A DNA stretch of 63,971 nucleotides, the filler included, from Vezdaea acicularis (Eukaryota): the NCBI GenBank assembly GCA_026025075.1. It is 3 parts of 3 records of this genome, joined end to end, with 100 filler letters (N's around TTAATTAATTAA, not from the genome) between each part and the next. Parts side by side here need not be neighbours in the genome. Positions count along the whole stretch, not along the records: positions 27,700 to 54,708 come from JAPEUI010000175.1; 2 more parts are not named here. The stretch is one strand, 5' to 3'. Positions 39,059 through 52,932 of the stretch are shown in pieces; the first letter of the stretch is position 1, and the number at the start of each line of letters is the position of its first letter. The notes below the pieces were generated by a model. The model was not told the origin of the DNA. It searched no databases and worked only from the letters and a program-made list of their open reading frames with translations. The position numbers and the translations under genes were made by a program.

Positions 39059-39708
39059 GCTTCAGGCGGGTCCGTGAGGTTGATGGAGCTCCAGGGAGTT
39101 TCCATGCTCTGGCGATACAGCTCGAGGCAGCGACGTGAGGTTCCTTATAGCGGGCGTTTTCATCAGAGAGAAACACTAAATCCAGTACTTGTGTCACTTT
39201 GAGGGATAATTCACCCTCTTGCGGCGGTGATGGGCTGTTTCACGAGCTATTTCAAGTTGTGTAGCCTTGTACATCTAGGACAAATTTGGAATGGTCGTTG
39301 GTATTAGCTTCGCCTTTCTCCCAGGCTGCTCAAGGGTGGAGACCGGTGGCCGGTTTGAGACGTGCCCCACTGCATCCGCAGGAAACCTTCAAAAACAACT
39401 CTGACGCTCCTCCGACGTGCACAATGTTTGTCAAAAGGAGCGCAAAAGCAATTTGACAAGATAAAACACCGGCACCCACCGAGAAGCGATATATCCGCTC
39501 TCTCTTAGAGGATTTATTGGCTCGTGCGCCAATTATTGTTGGTGATGTCTGACCATTCCCGGTCGACGCGCCAAAGTGTCGTGCAAATGCCGCATATCAA
39601 ATATGCGGCTGCCCTACGACCAGAAGCGGTTTTCCAGGATCGTCCTTCATCTTGGAGATTTCTTCATAGTAAAAGTGCAAGGCCATCAGGCCTTCTCTTT
39701 CCATCCTC

Positions 39709-40938
39709 ATGGGTTTTCTTCTTTATTATTGGTTCCAGCTTCTTTCGTTGACAGTCGCAGTCCTTGGGTCGATTGGCACATCGATAGAAAAACGAACGGT
39801 GCCAGAATTATTGCGGACTCCTGTCGACGGACGCATCAACTGCGATGGCCCTCTTCCTCCCTTCTGGGTGCCGCTCCCAAAGCCCGACGAGGGTGAACAG
39901 CTCACACTACATGATCTCTGTGCCAAGGCCGGCGGCCTCTCGGGACCCAACGTCGGTGGATTCTGCGGCGACAACTTCCAGATCTATTTCGAACCATCTT
40001 TCACCCCAGTGAGCGGGAGACAGATAGGAAATCCGCGTCTGTTCCACTACTGCAAGACTCGTTGCGTCTGCGAAGAACAGCTGGCCGTAGCGTCATCGAG
40101 AAGAACTGCACTCATGGCGCTTGCGAGAACGGAGCCACTCCAATGGTTTCCAGGGGATCAGACGTACATGATCACGTTAGATGAGAATGACGACTACAAG
40201 GTCCCGCCGAGCATGCACATGGGGGAAAGTGGCGCGTATGTTCCCACTACCGCAGTCTTCCAGCGTTTCCCGGCCTATCTGTGGAGAGTCAGCATCAATC
40301 CAGCAAATAGTGTGACGTGCAGTGGACCCCTCCCAAGAGATATACCTACTCCCGCCAACATCGAAGATTACACGGACCTGCAACAACTATGCGCCATCCA
40401 GCATTTCGGCGGCAACCCGTTCGTCTTCCCTGCCCTATTCCCAAGCCTTCCCTCCCCACAACAAAGATATCACAACTAACCGCCATCCCCTAACAGAAAA
40501 GCCAACGCAGGAGCCTACTGCCACCGCGAAGCCGACGACGTCCACGTCGAGTTCGCCGACGAGCTAACCCCAAGTCTCGGCTGGACATTCTACGTGCACA
40601 ATCCACACGCGTTGAGTCTCCGAACCTACTGCTCAGTCCGCTGTCGCTGCCGCCTGCGACAAAAAGACGACGCCCCCGACAAAAGAATCCCCATCCCCAT
40701 CGCCGAAGGGCGGCGGACAAAGTATAATCTCCCAGCCCGCCCCAAGAGAAAACAAGTCTTGACGCAGCGCGTCCTTGGGTGTTTCCTCGGATCGCGGGTG
40801 TATACTGATGATGATCGATGTAAGAATGAAGGAGGAGTGGACGCTGCGTATTCCATCCCGGCGCTGCTGGCGGCGGAGAGGAGAGGTTCTTGGGGGTTGA
40901 GAGTGAGGAAACGGGCGTTAAGGGGAGGGCGAGAGTGA
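39709..40938 (+). CDS. Secreted cysteine-rich protein C (~383 aa) with two tandem copies of the CxGPLP domain, intron 40419-40496
   Basis: Signal peptide followed by a Kex2-like EKR. Domain 1 is INCDGPLP...LC...NVGGFC...CKTRCVC. Domain 2 is VTCSGPLP...LC...(intron)...NAGAYC...CSVRCRC. Confidence 0.82.
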
Positions 40939-41245
40939 GAGGGATTTTAGGGCGTGAGAATGCGCTTGTTGGCCCTGGTTCATATGTATATTCTTTTTCA
41001 ATGCCATTTGATTCAAAGCTAGATAGCTTATAGACTGTCGCGCCGTTGCCTTGATTGGGGGGCAACTTTATGGGTATATAACAGTTCTCCGGATCAATAG
41101 GCCCTTCATCCTAGCGCTATGATTGTCGTTACGGTGTCAGCGCAAGGAGGGTAGCCAGCGCTTCATTGCTCCCCCTACGTTCAAGAGGTCACAGCATTCA
41201 ATCGCGTGTGAGAAAGCATGCGGCTCAGAATTCATATCCATTCTG

Positions 41246-43370
41246 TTAATTGATGGAAATATTGATGATCTTGATATCCTCCTCCGGCTTCTCCTTATAC
41301 GCCTTTGCATTCTCGATCTTGTGCACGACGTCCAACCCCTGAATCGCGCGTCCGAAAATGGTATGTTTGTCATCGAGCCATGGCTAGAAACACAGGACGT
41401 ATCAGCCCCCAAAACCCAAACGAGTCAAAGCCGAAGTAGGAAAAAAAAAGGGGGTCCGCGGGCATGGGGATGAACTTACCGTCCTTTCCGTTGTGATGAA
41501 GAACTGACTTCCGTTCGTCCCGGGCCCTGCATTCGCCATGCTGACCGTGTACGGCCGATCATGCCGTAGGCGCTCGGTGATCTCGTCCTCGAACTCGCCG
41601 CCCCATATACTCTCACCGCCGGTACCATCCCCATTCGGGTCGCCGCCCTGGATCATGAATTTCCTGATGACGCGGTGGAAGATGGTGTTGTTATAATAGC
41701 CATTGCGGGAGTGTGTGACAAAGTTCTCGACGGTCTTTGGCGCGAGCGAGGGGTATAGGCGCAGGTGAATGTCGCCGTAGGTGGTGTGCAGGACGGCGGC
41801 GGTGCCGGACTCGGCCTGCTGCGCTTTCGCGGGCTTGGAGGCGTTGGCGGAGAGTGGCTTTTCGTTCTGGATGTCGCGCGTGCTCTTGGTGATTTCGGTC
41901 TCGTTCGTGAAGAGGTAGAAGCGTACTTTGTTCAGGCCTGTGGCGACTAGGATCGGGTCTCGCATCTCAGCATCCTGTAGCAGTGGGTTGGACGATGCGG
42001 CCATGGAGACGGTGACGATTTCTTTTTGTTGGGGCGCGCCTTGGTACAGGGCGAGATGTAGGGGGCGGAATGGCTCTTCGGCGCCGTAGGTACGCACGAC
42101 TCGGTTGGTGTAGGTATTTAGCACTTTCGTGCCGTGCAGGGAGCCGAAGAGGATGAAATGCCCGCTTTCGTCGAAGATGACATTCGCCTTTGTGAGGAGG
42201 GAAGGGGCGGCGTCAAGGGTGTTCTCGAGGGCCATGCGCCGGTTGAACTCGAGCTCGCTGAGTGTAGACCCATCGGTGCCGGCTTGGCGCATTGTCTGGA
42301 GCGTCGAGAGGGACTCGTCGTATGTGCGAGTCATGGTTGCTGAGGCAAAGTCGAAGAGTCGTATTTGTCGATCGGGGAAAGAGAAGGTGACGAAATGTTG
42401 ACCGGTGGGGGAGATGCTTAAGGAAGAGGGGCAAGATTTTGCTTTCTTGAACGCAAAAAGGGAGGTGCTGCTTTTGTATTGGAATACGTTGGACGGCTTT
42501 TCATAGGTTGACGGGGACCAGTATTCGAGCATACCGCCAGTGTCAGCCGATATGCAGCAGTCGTAGATGGGGTTATAGGCAATTATAGAAACAGAGGCGC
42601 GGTGAAGTGTAGGTAACGTGTGTATGGGGGCCTCGTTGCCGCCTCGTCCATCGAATATGTGTACTTTTGGACTCTCCTCCTCGGAGACCGCTAAAAGAGG
42701 GAGGGATGCTCCACGCTTGTGGATCCAGCAGATAGCATTCGGCACAAACTCGAGCTGGAGCATAAACAGGAGATCTATGCCTCGTCAGTCTCTACAGCTA
42801 GCACAGCGTGCTAGCACAGGTAACGTACCAAACGTAATTACGTCAAACACTTTGATAGTCCTGTCCGCACCAGCTGTGGCAAAGCTCCTTCCGTCTGCAC
42901 TAACGGATACACTCCTGATCTCTCCCTGATGTGCCTTGAATTCCTTGGCAAACTCTATGCTCACCGCGACCTTCTTCCAGAACTTCACAACGCCGTCAGT
43001 CGAGCTGGTGATCAGGAAGTCCGTAAAGGATGTCATAGTTGCAAAAGAGAGCTGTTCTCGGTGCATGAGAGATTTCGAGTACCGCTTAGAGGCGGGCAGA
43101 GCGGAGATGTATAGCTTTTCGTACGGGAGCTTCCTCCTCTTTTTCTTGGGCGCATTGCTGGGGAGGGCGGGCCCGATATCGTCGTCTTCTGAAGATGAAT
43201 CTGCAGGGAAAGTGTTAGTCTTGATGTATTGTAGGGAGTATGTGCGCTCAATCACCTTCGTCTTGGATATGCGCTGTCTTCTCTCCATTCTTCTCGTTGA
43301 CCTCAGCCGCCTCAACTTGAGATATTGACCGTTTACGAGGCCGCGGTGCGACAGCCGATTCGTCTTCCAT
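41246..43370 (-). CDS. cyp15: WD40-repeat plus cyclophilin peptidyl-prolyl isomerase (CYP15/PPWD1), four exons
   Basis: [91 protein letters not shown] and [12 protein letters not shown]. Confidence 0.95.
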
Positions 43371-43778
43371 GCTGCGTGCTGAAATTTCTCCTTGGTCTGA
43401 GTTTTAATCTGGTATGGCTCAGAATTGAGAGCTTATGCAAGGCTTCTATGGCGATATAAAATTTACAAGGCGGAATTTGTTAGTCGTCGCGTATCGCGTC
43501 CCCAGAGTTCACTTTTGACTTCACAGCGACTGCCTACGCCGATTTAAGTATATCGAATAAGGCTAACTAACGAGACATTTAATGTTTTGCAGAGTGTCAA
43601 CTTTGTTGAGAATTTCATATTCAAGTCTAATCTATGCACTAGCAAAATGCTCAATAATCACGGCTTCCAACGCAAGGTGTGCTACCTTTGACCCCTCCAG
43701 ACTTTTTAATGAATACCAGATGCATACGTATCATTCTGAATAACCTTACCGCGCCAGTAGCGCCTACATCCAAAATGA

Positions 43779-44851
43779 CTATTCCTCTTTAACAGCGTCA
43801 GGATGCGCTTTAGCCTGCGTGCCTGTGCCGAACCCATTCACCCTGCCGTAAAGCCACTGCAAAGTTGCCGTGCTCAGGGTCATGGTGATTGCACTGACAC
43901 CGAAGAGGGCCGCTCTGAATGGAGGCGTGAGTTGCTCAAAGAGCGGGTAAGGGTACCTGGACTGTGAATACGTGTCGTAGATCCCAAAGATTTGGAGATG
44001 CTCACCATCCGTTATGCTTGAAGCATTGCTCTATCCAAGCCCAGTACGCCATCGCTAGAGCACCGCTGATGCCCATAGCCGGCAGTGCTGATATGGTCCA
44101 GGGTGGAGAGAAGAACAGTAGGTCAATAGTAAGCAGCAAGGCCGGCATGGCATGGAAACCAATATCTGCAACCATTTAACATGAATGGCTCCCATGCTGG
44201 GGCAAGCATACCTGCGGTAGGGTCCAGCTCGACCCATTCCGGTACCACCAGTTTCTTGTCTACCTGCAGAGGAGCGTTTAGTCCGCAGCAACCTAGACAG
44301 AGTTCCAAAATCTCGAGCTTACCGCGCTGATGCCCCAGTACAGAACACTGATCAACACCTCCAGCGGAGCGCTACACACGGACAAGGCATTCTTGACCAA
44401 GAACAGCTGCGGCGAGAGCGTGATATCCGCCAACAAGCCAAACGCAAACGTCAGAGTGGCCAAGGACAACCCAATGATGGTTAGATATTGCATATGCCAT
44501 CCATACGAGTCGTTCCTGGCATGAGTTTAGCAGCTATTACCCAACCACCAATTTGCGTAGTGAAAGCCCCCCCCAAAACGTACACTAGATTCGGAAAGTC
44601 TACAAGACTTGAAGTGTTGTCGTCAGTATCCGCGTGGGAAAAAAAATTCGTCAGTCCGCCATTGTCTTACTATTTGAACGACAGCCCGAAGCTGACGAGC
44701 CCGGCAAGCTGGGAAAAACGAAGATCAGCGATGGTTTCTACGAGTTCTGCTTATATGGCCATACATGGAGAGTAGCAGAGAAGCTCCGCGAAGGCGAGCG
44801 TAGTCTTTGTAGAGGGTGGTGGCGCGCCATAATATTTGCCGTTTGGGACAT
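43779..44851 (-). CDS. FAR-17a/AIG1-like integral membrane protein, multi-exon (start 44851 or 44830)
   Basis: RHHPLQRL.SPSR, NDSYGWHMQYLTIIGL, SAPLEVLISVLYW, GFHAMP, YWAWIEQCF.HNG and YPLFE; includes a 24-nt micro-exon. Confidence 0.85.
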
Positions 44852-45258
44852 CTTCACCGTTAGTTTGTTGCTTATGCTCGGAGTCTGACGTCTCCAGTTC
44901 GCTATATCATATGCTAACCGCGGTTACATCCGGCGACGCGTTGGGAGACGCGAACGGATTTAGTTCACCATGTATTAACGAGCTATCGTTCCAAGATCCA
45001 GCTATCTATTTGAATAAGTAATACACATATGCAAGCTGCCAAGTCCAAGAGATGATGCCCAACAAGACAATTCTACCTTGTCCAATGCTTTTCGTCCGTG
45101 ACCCTCGTCCGCGAAATCCGAGCCGAGGCAGAACACCCCGCCGAGAGTTCCGAAGAAAGCCAACCTCGAAGATGTCGCGCCCAACCCGCATTTTATAACG
45201 AACTTCCATTCCCCCAACCAAGGGGTGCGACCTTGCGCCCCATGACCAGTAGAGGAAC

Positions 45259-46395
45259 ATGCCTTCCTCCCTCGCTGCGGCCAGCGCCGTAAAAGCGCTG
45301 GACTCACACACCTACTCCGCCTTCCTCCCCGAAGACTGGTGTATAGGAACAGGTTAGCTAGCCATCACCCACCCACTTCCCCCCCTTACCGCATCCCCCC
45401 TCCCACAAACTCCCATACACACGCATCCAATCCACATCTAATCCTCACCAGTCCCGCACGGCGGCTTCCTGACCACAATCTTAATGACCGCCTCCGCCTT
45501 GCACTTCCGCACAACCCTCTCCGCGCAGAACCAACCGCATACACTAGCACTCCACGTAGATTTCCTCCGACGAACACACGTAGGCCCAGCCACGCTTAGA
45601 ATAACAGACGTGAAGCTCGGCCGTCAGACGTCCGTCATTCATATCTCTCTCTCACAGCGAACTTCCCGTGCTGCCGCCGCCGTTGAAGACCAGAAAAAGG
45701 ATGTCGAAGCAGAAGAAGAAAAACTCATCAGCACCCTAACCCACACCCAACTCTCCCCCTCCCCCTCCACCTCTCACGGGCCCACCCTCCCCACTCTCCC
45801 CCCCCTCACGCCTACGCCCTTACCAGCCACCCTCTCCCTCCTCCCAACCAACAACGACCCTAACTGGACACCAGGCATCCTCCCCCACCCCTCCTTTCGC
45901 AAAGCAGCACAACACCTCCTCTACCACTTCCCACGAGACGGCCCCGCGCACCCAAGCTTCTGCGACGAATGGATCCAACTGGCTTCCGGCGAGCGCTTCA
46001 CGGATAAGTGTTTGGGCTACGTGTGTGATATGTGGCCGCAGGTGGTTGAGAATTATCGGAGCGCTAGCCACGGCGACGGCGACAGCCCTGAGGCCCTCAC
46101 AAGCCCCCAAGACAATCACACGGACCAGAAGCTCGAGACGGGACTCAACTGGTACCCAACCCTCCTCCTAAATCTCGAGATCAAGAAACTTTTACCCCCG
46201 GAAGGACTAGACTGGCTCTTCGTCCGGGTGCGCGCGAAGCAGATCCGTAACGGGCGGCTGGATCTGGAGGTTGTGGCTTTGGACGAAGAGGGGGAGATCG
46301 TGGCGTTGAGTCATCATGTCTGTTTCGTGGTTGGGGCCGAGCGGAATTTGGCGCGGAGGGAAGGGGGGGGTGGGAGTGGGGCGAGTAAGATTTAG
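45259..46395 (+). CDS. Acyl-CoA thioesterase-like (double hot-dog fold) protein, intron 45353-45451
   Basis: DSHTYSA...DWCIGT/VPHGG, LHVDFLRRT..GPA, KLGRQTS, WYPTLLLNLEIKKLLP and KQIRNGRLDLEV. Confidence 0.88.
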
Positions 46396-46599
46396 CGGAG
46401 GTTGGACGGTGGATGGGATGGGATGGGGTGGGGGGGGTTTGTGGGTTCTGGTGAGATGGGATGGTAAGGGGAGGTCGGAGGTATGAGGTTTAAGATCTAA
46501 GGGGGGTTCTAGTCCCCCCTTTTGGTTCCCTATCGCTCCGAGAAGCAGAGCAGGACAAGATCAGCCCTCGACCAAACCCCACACTTTGGTCCACAAGGC

Positions 46600-47707
46600 T
46601 CAAAGACTTCCCTCCCATGAAAATCCACAAAAGGTGCAATCGCAGGAGACCTTCGCCCCCCCTTCCTGGTCGACGGGAGGGATCTTCGAGTACGCGACCC
46701 GGCTCTGCTTACACCTCTCACACGACCACTCTGTCGAGAGCAGCCTCTTCACCCGCGGCACCATCGCCGCGTCCAGCGTCACTATACTCGGATCTGTCCG
46801 TGCCACCTCGTCGGTGTCGGCGCCAAGCATCTCCTCTCCGTCGAATAAGCCCGCAAAGCGGCGCTTAAGCTCCGTCCACCGTGCCACTCCCTCTTCCGCG
46901 GCCGACTCGGGCTCTTCCATAGCAGGTTCCTCCCTAGCAGATCCCTCCCGAGCATCCTCCGGCCCAGCAGCTTCCTCCACCATCTCCGCCCCGTCCAGCC
47001 ACTTCTGCGTAAGTATGCCCTGCCAGCCCTCCCAACTCCGACCCATACCGCCGGTTGGGATGGACTCGAGACCCTGCACGAGCTCGATGGCGGGCAGGGG
47101 CGTCTTCGGATTAAAGCGAAAGAGGCGCCAATCGGCATTCGCGAAGCCCGTATGGGTGAGGGCGACGCGCAGAAAGCCCGAGTGCGAGACGATAGCGATG
47201 GCTTTCTCCGGCCGGGCGCGCAGCCAGGCGAGACATGCATAGCCGCGGAAGGCGATCGCGGGGGGTGTGAAGGCAAAGGGGCCGGTCTTCGCGGGATAGG
47301 TGGGGGAGACGGTGGAGAAGGAGAAGGTTGGGAATTCGCGCGCGATGGTGGTGATGGGCGTGCCGGTGTCGCAGGGCTTGGCGCTGTTTTCTTGGAACTC
47401 GGCGCGGGTTTGTACGGGGATGTGGCGGGCGAGGAGGAAGGAGAGGGCGTGTTGCGTCGTTTGGAGCGTGCGTCGGAGGGGGCTGGTGACGATCAGCTCG
47501 ACGTCGTTGATGATGGAGCATTGTGTCTGGAGCGAGGTGCGGAGGTCGTCGCATTGTTGGAGGCCGAGCTCTGTGAGGGGAGGGTCGCGGAGTTCGTAGT
47601 TCTGTGGATGGCGTTAGTGGAGGCAGGGGCGGGGTTTCGTGGCTGGACTTATTGGTTTTATTGTGCTCTGCTTCGGCGTGACGGATGAATAGTAGAGTGG
47701 GAGGCAT
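46600..47707 (-). CDS. Histidine phosphatase / phosphoglycerate-mutase-like protein (~352 aa) with a C-terminal Cys4 zinc ribbon; proposed AT-AC intron 47604-47652
   Basis: FIRHAEAEHN, DPPLTELG, IVTSPLRRTLQT, QENSAKPCDTG, IAIVSHSGFL and FANADWR. The frame is open from 47603 to the stop at 46600 and ends CERC-x24-CTFCGFSW. Confidence 0.85.
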
Positions 47708-50004
47708 GCTTAGTCGGAAGGATAAGACGCAGTAGGAACAGTGTAAAATATGAAAGGAGGGCTAATTCAAGCCAAAATTTCTGATCTATGGCTTTGAACT
47801 GGGTAGAGAATACAAGGGAGCTGTGAGAGAGGGCACGACGGAAATGAGCATGAATTTTGACGAGCCAAAATTTCTGATAAGAGTCAGAGCGACCTTTGAC
47901 TCGCCTCTCCCAAATTTCTGTTGGTGTGAGAAGCTCGTGATTGCCACGAGGGAATTGGTATCAACAATATATGATACATTCAGAGACAGCTCGGATCATC
48001 TTTGATCACGACTTCTTCACGAGCGCATCAACGAGCCCAGTGCAATACTCGAAAGGGAATTATTTATGCTTCGGTGAAGCTGTATGACGTCGATAGCACT
48101 AAGACGTTGGTCCCACAGAGCTAAAAACGGACCAATGACTTTTAAAACTCCTGTGCCTGAGCATAAAGCACAGTACAAGCAGGTATCCCGTGTGCGCAGG
48201 TATCCGTAGGATAGAGGTGGAGTAACGTTGTCTACCTCGCGGCCAACGACAGTGAATTGCATGCTTGGGACCACCACTGTCCGAGACCATATGTCGTCTC
48301 ATGAAAGCTCCTGGAGAATCGCCGAAAGAGGCATCCCGCAACGATTCTTGGATCTTTGTCCCAAGCAAACTTGCGTTGACGTGGTACTCGTTGCCTCTCG
48401 GAACAATCACATGTGGCCAAGACCTGCGTCGAAAAGGGGGTCGATCAAGAGGTTGCAGACAGGAGACGCGGTCAAGCAACAGTCACGCAAGGTCGGTGGA
48501 GGGTCGGTGCCCTTCTGAAACTCGCTTGGTCGCAGGCAGGCGCCGCCCTTGCACGCAAGCAGCAGCGATCGTCTGCAGGCCCAAAGGCGGCCAGGGAAAC
48601 ACGTGCGGTCCACCCGCGAGCGCAAACCGAGATTTCAGGAGGTCTCCCCGACCGCCGTGGCGGCGCGGCTCTGCGTCATTCTTGCGCGCATCGCAACGGC
48701 CAAACGAGAGATGGAGAAAGGGGATTCCACGACAGCACTGCCAGGGGCCTGCCGCGCAGACTTCTTTGGGGGTTGTGGACCTTTCTGCGGACCCGTCATA
48801 TGCGTCCTAGTGAACACGCCTTCCCGCGCTGAGTTGTTGTTTCTTCGTCGCTTTCCAGGATGATCTCAGCTGAGGTTAGAGATGGACCGAGGCGCCGCTA
48901 TCGACGGGGAGGGCTTATGGCGATGCGCAAGGCGTTCTCCAGACCTCAGCCCTAGACGAGTCTGCTGCTTGGTTTGCCCAAGAACGATGTGAGCGGCTGA
49001 GAGGGTGGTGTTCGTCTTTCCTGCTGCGTATGCTTGGAGCTATCGACGAGCATTTCCTGTTGCGGTGAGGGTTCTCGTACGAGAGAGGGAAAGCAATTCT
49101 CCTTGGGATGAGGCTGAGCGGAGCTTGGGGGAGCTCGGCGACTACTCCCCATTGAAGGGAGATGGATGATTGGACGTGGGGCCGGTGGCGCCAGAGCTTG
49201 GAGAGGCCTGCCAATTATAGCTCTGTTGGTGCAACCTCCTCGGTCATTCTCCGCCGCGAAGTTGCCATGTCGCTCCGTTGCTACGTTGCGGTGTTGCCCA
49301 TGTTGCTATGTAGACAGGGAAAGGCGGCCGTTCAACCACCTTGGAAACGTCAGGCACGTCTCTGGCTACTTTGCCATTCTTTGTTCGGAGGCATGTGCGC
49401 GAGGCAGTCAGCCATTCTTTGCGCAATAGCCGTGCATTAGCAAGAAGCTACGCACTTTTGGCGTGGGATGCCAGCAATAGAAGAACCCGAAAAGTCTCCC
49501 CTATAACCAGCCAATCGGTGATCAGTACAGATTGAGAAAGTGAAAAGTGAAAAGTGCAAACAGCTGGTGAAGAGGAGAGCTAAAATCTTACTGTGCCGAG
49601 CCACTGTCCTGTTCTGCTGTCTCTGCTGAAGGTTATTGCTGCGGGGGGCGCCCGCGCTTTACCGCTCTGCTTGCGAGCCTTGGCCGTTACGTGCGGCCAG
49701 ACGAAACCTTGCGCCGTTTCGCGTTGCTTGGTCGCTGCAGCGCAGCCGCTAGCCCCGGACCCTGTCCAGGAGCACATTCCCATAAAGTCGTCCCTCCTCA
49801 GCTGTTCCTAGCTCCTCTATTTATCCTCTTGCTCCCTCTTTCACCTACCTCTCATTCTGCCCGTGGACTATAAAAGCATTGCGTTCTGTCCTCCGTTGCT
49901 TACGACGGCCTACCCCACCAAGCTCGATCATCGCTAAACCCACAATTGCTTGGCCCACCACCCAGGAAACTGAAAAGCATAACAAACCCCTGACAGGAGC
50001 AATC

Positions 50005-52422
<2,418 letters not shown>

Positions 52423-52932
52423 AGCATCCCCAAAAAGCCTGGTTCTCATACTCTATTTTATGGCTAGACTGCGTAGGGGTCTTGTCTTGGCATTGGGTCT
52501 GCACAGGATTTGGGAGGACTGGGGTCTGTGCTTGAGAATGCCTGTTTTTTCCTGATATGATTACATCCGGCCTAGCCGTTGCTTGGTTGCAAAAACAAGA
52601 ACTTTCTATGAAAATTGAAATTGCACGAATTGTCTCCTGTTGGTAAACCTTCATGATTTGTTAACTCCAACCTAATGCACGATATGAGCCAGTTGCATCC
52701 TCTTGTTTTTCTCGTTGGTCCGTGGCCCGAAAAGCTGTTTCCACCAATCAGCATCTTTCGCACTTGCAAGGTTTAACCGCAGAACGAAGCTATGATGCAC
52801 CCGGTAAACACGACCCACTACCACAACCATCCGGGCCTTCTTGCGCATTGCTCACCTACCGCTCCTCAAGAAACTCAGCGCAAAATGATCTTTCTCTGCC
52901 CAACTCACCTTTAACAATCATCGCCACATAGC

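Noticed and set aside
47800..50004. glmS-ribozyme-like element or hidden gene in the 2.2-kb region upstream of GFA1
   Set aside because: No glmS core consensus recognised and the ORFs are short without motifs; treated as a long promoter/5' region. An Infernal search would be needed to exclude a structured RNA.
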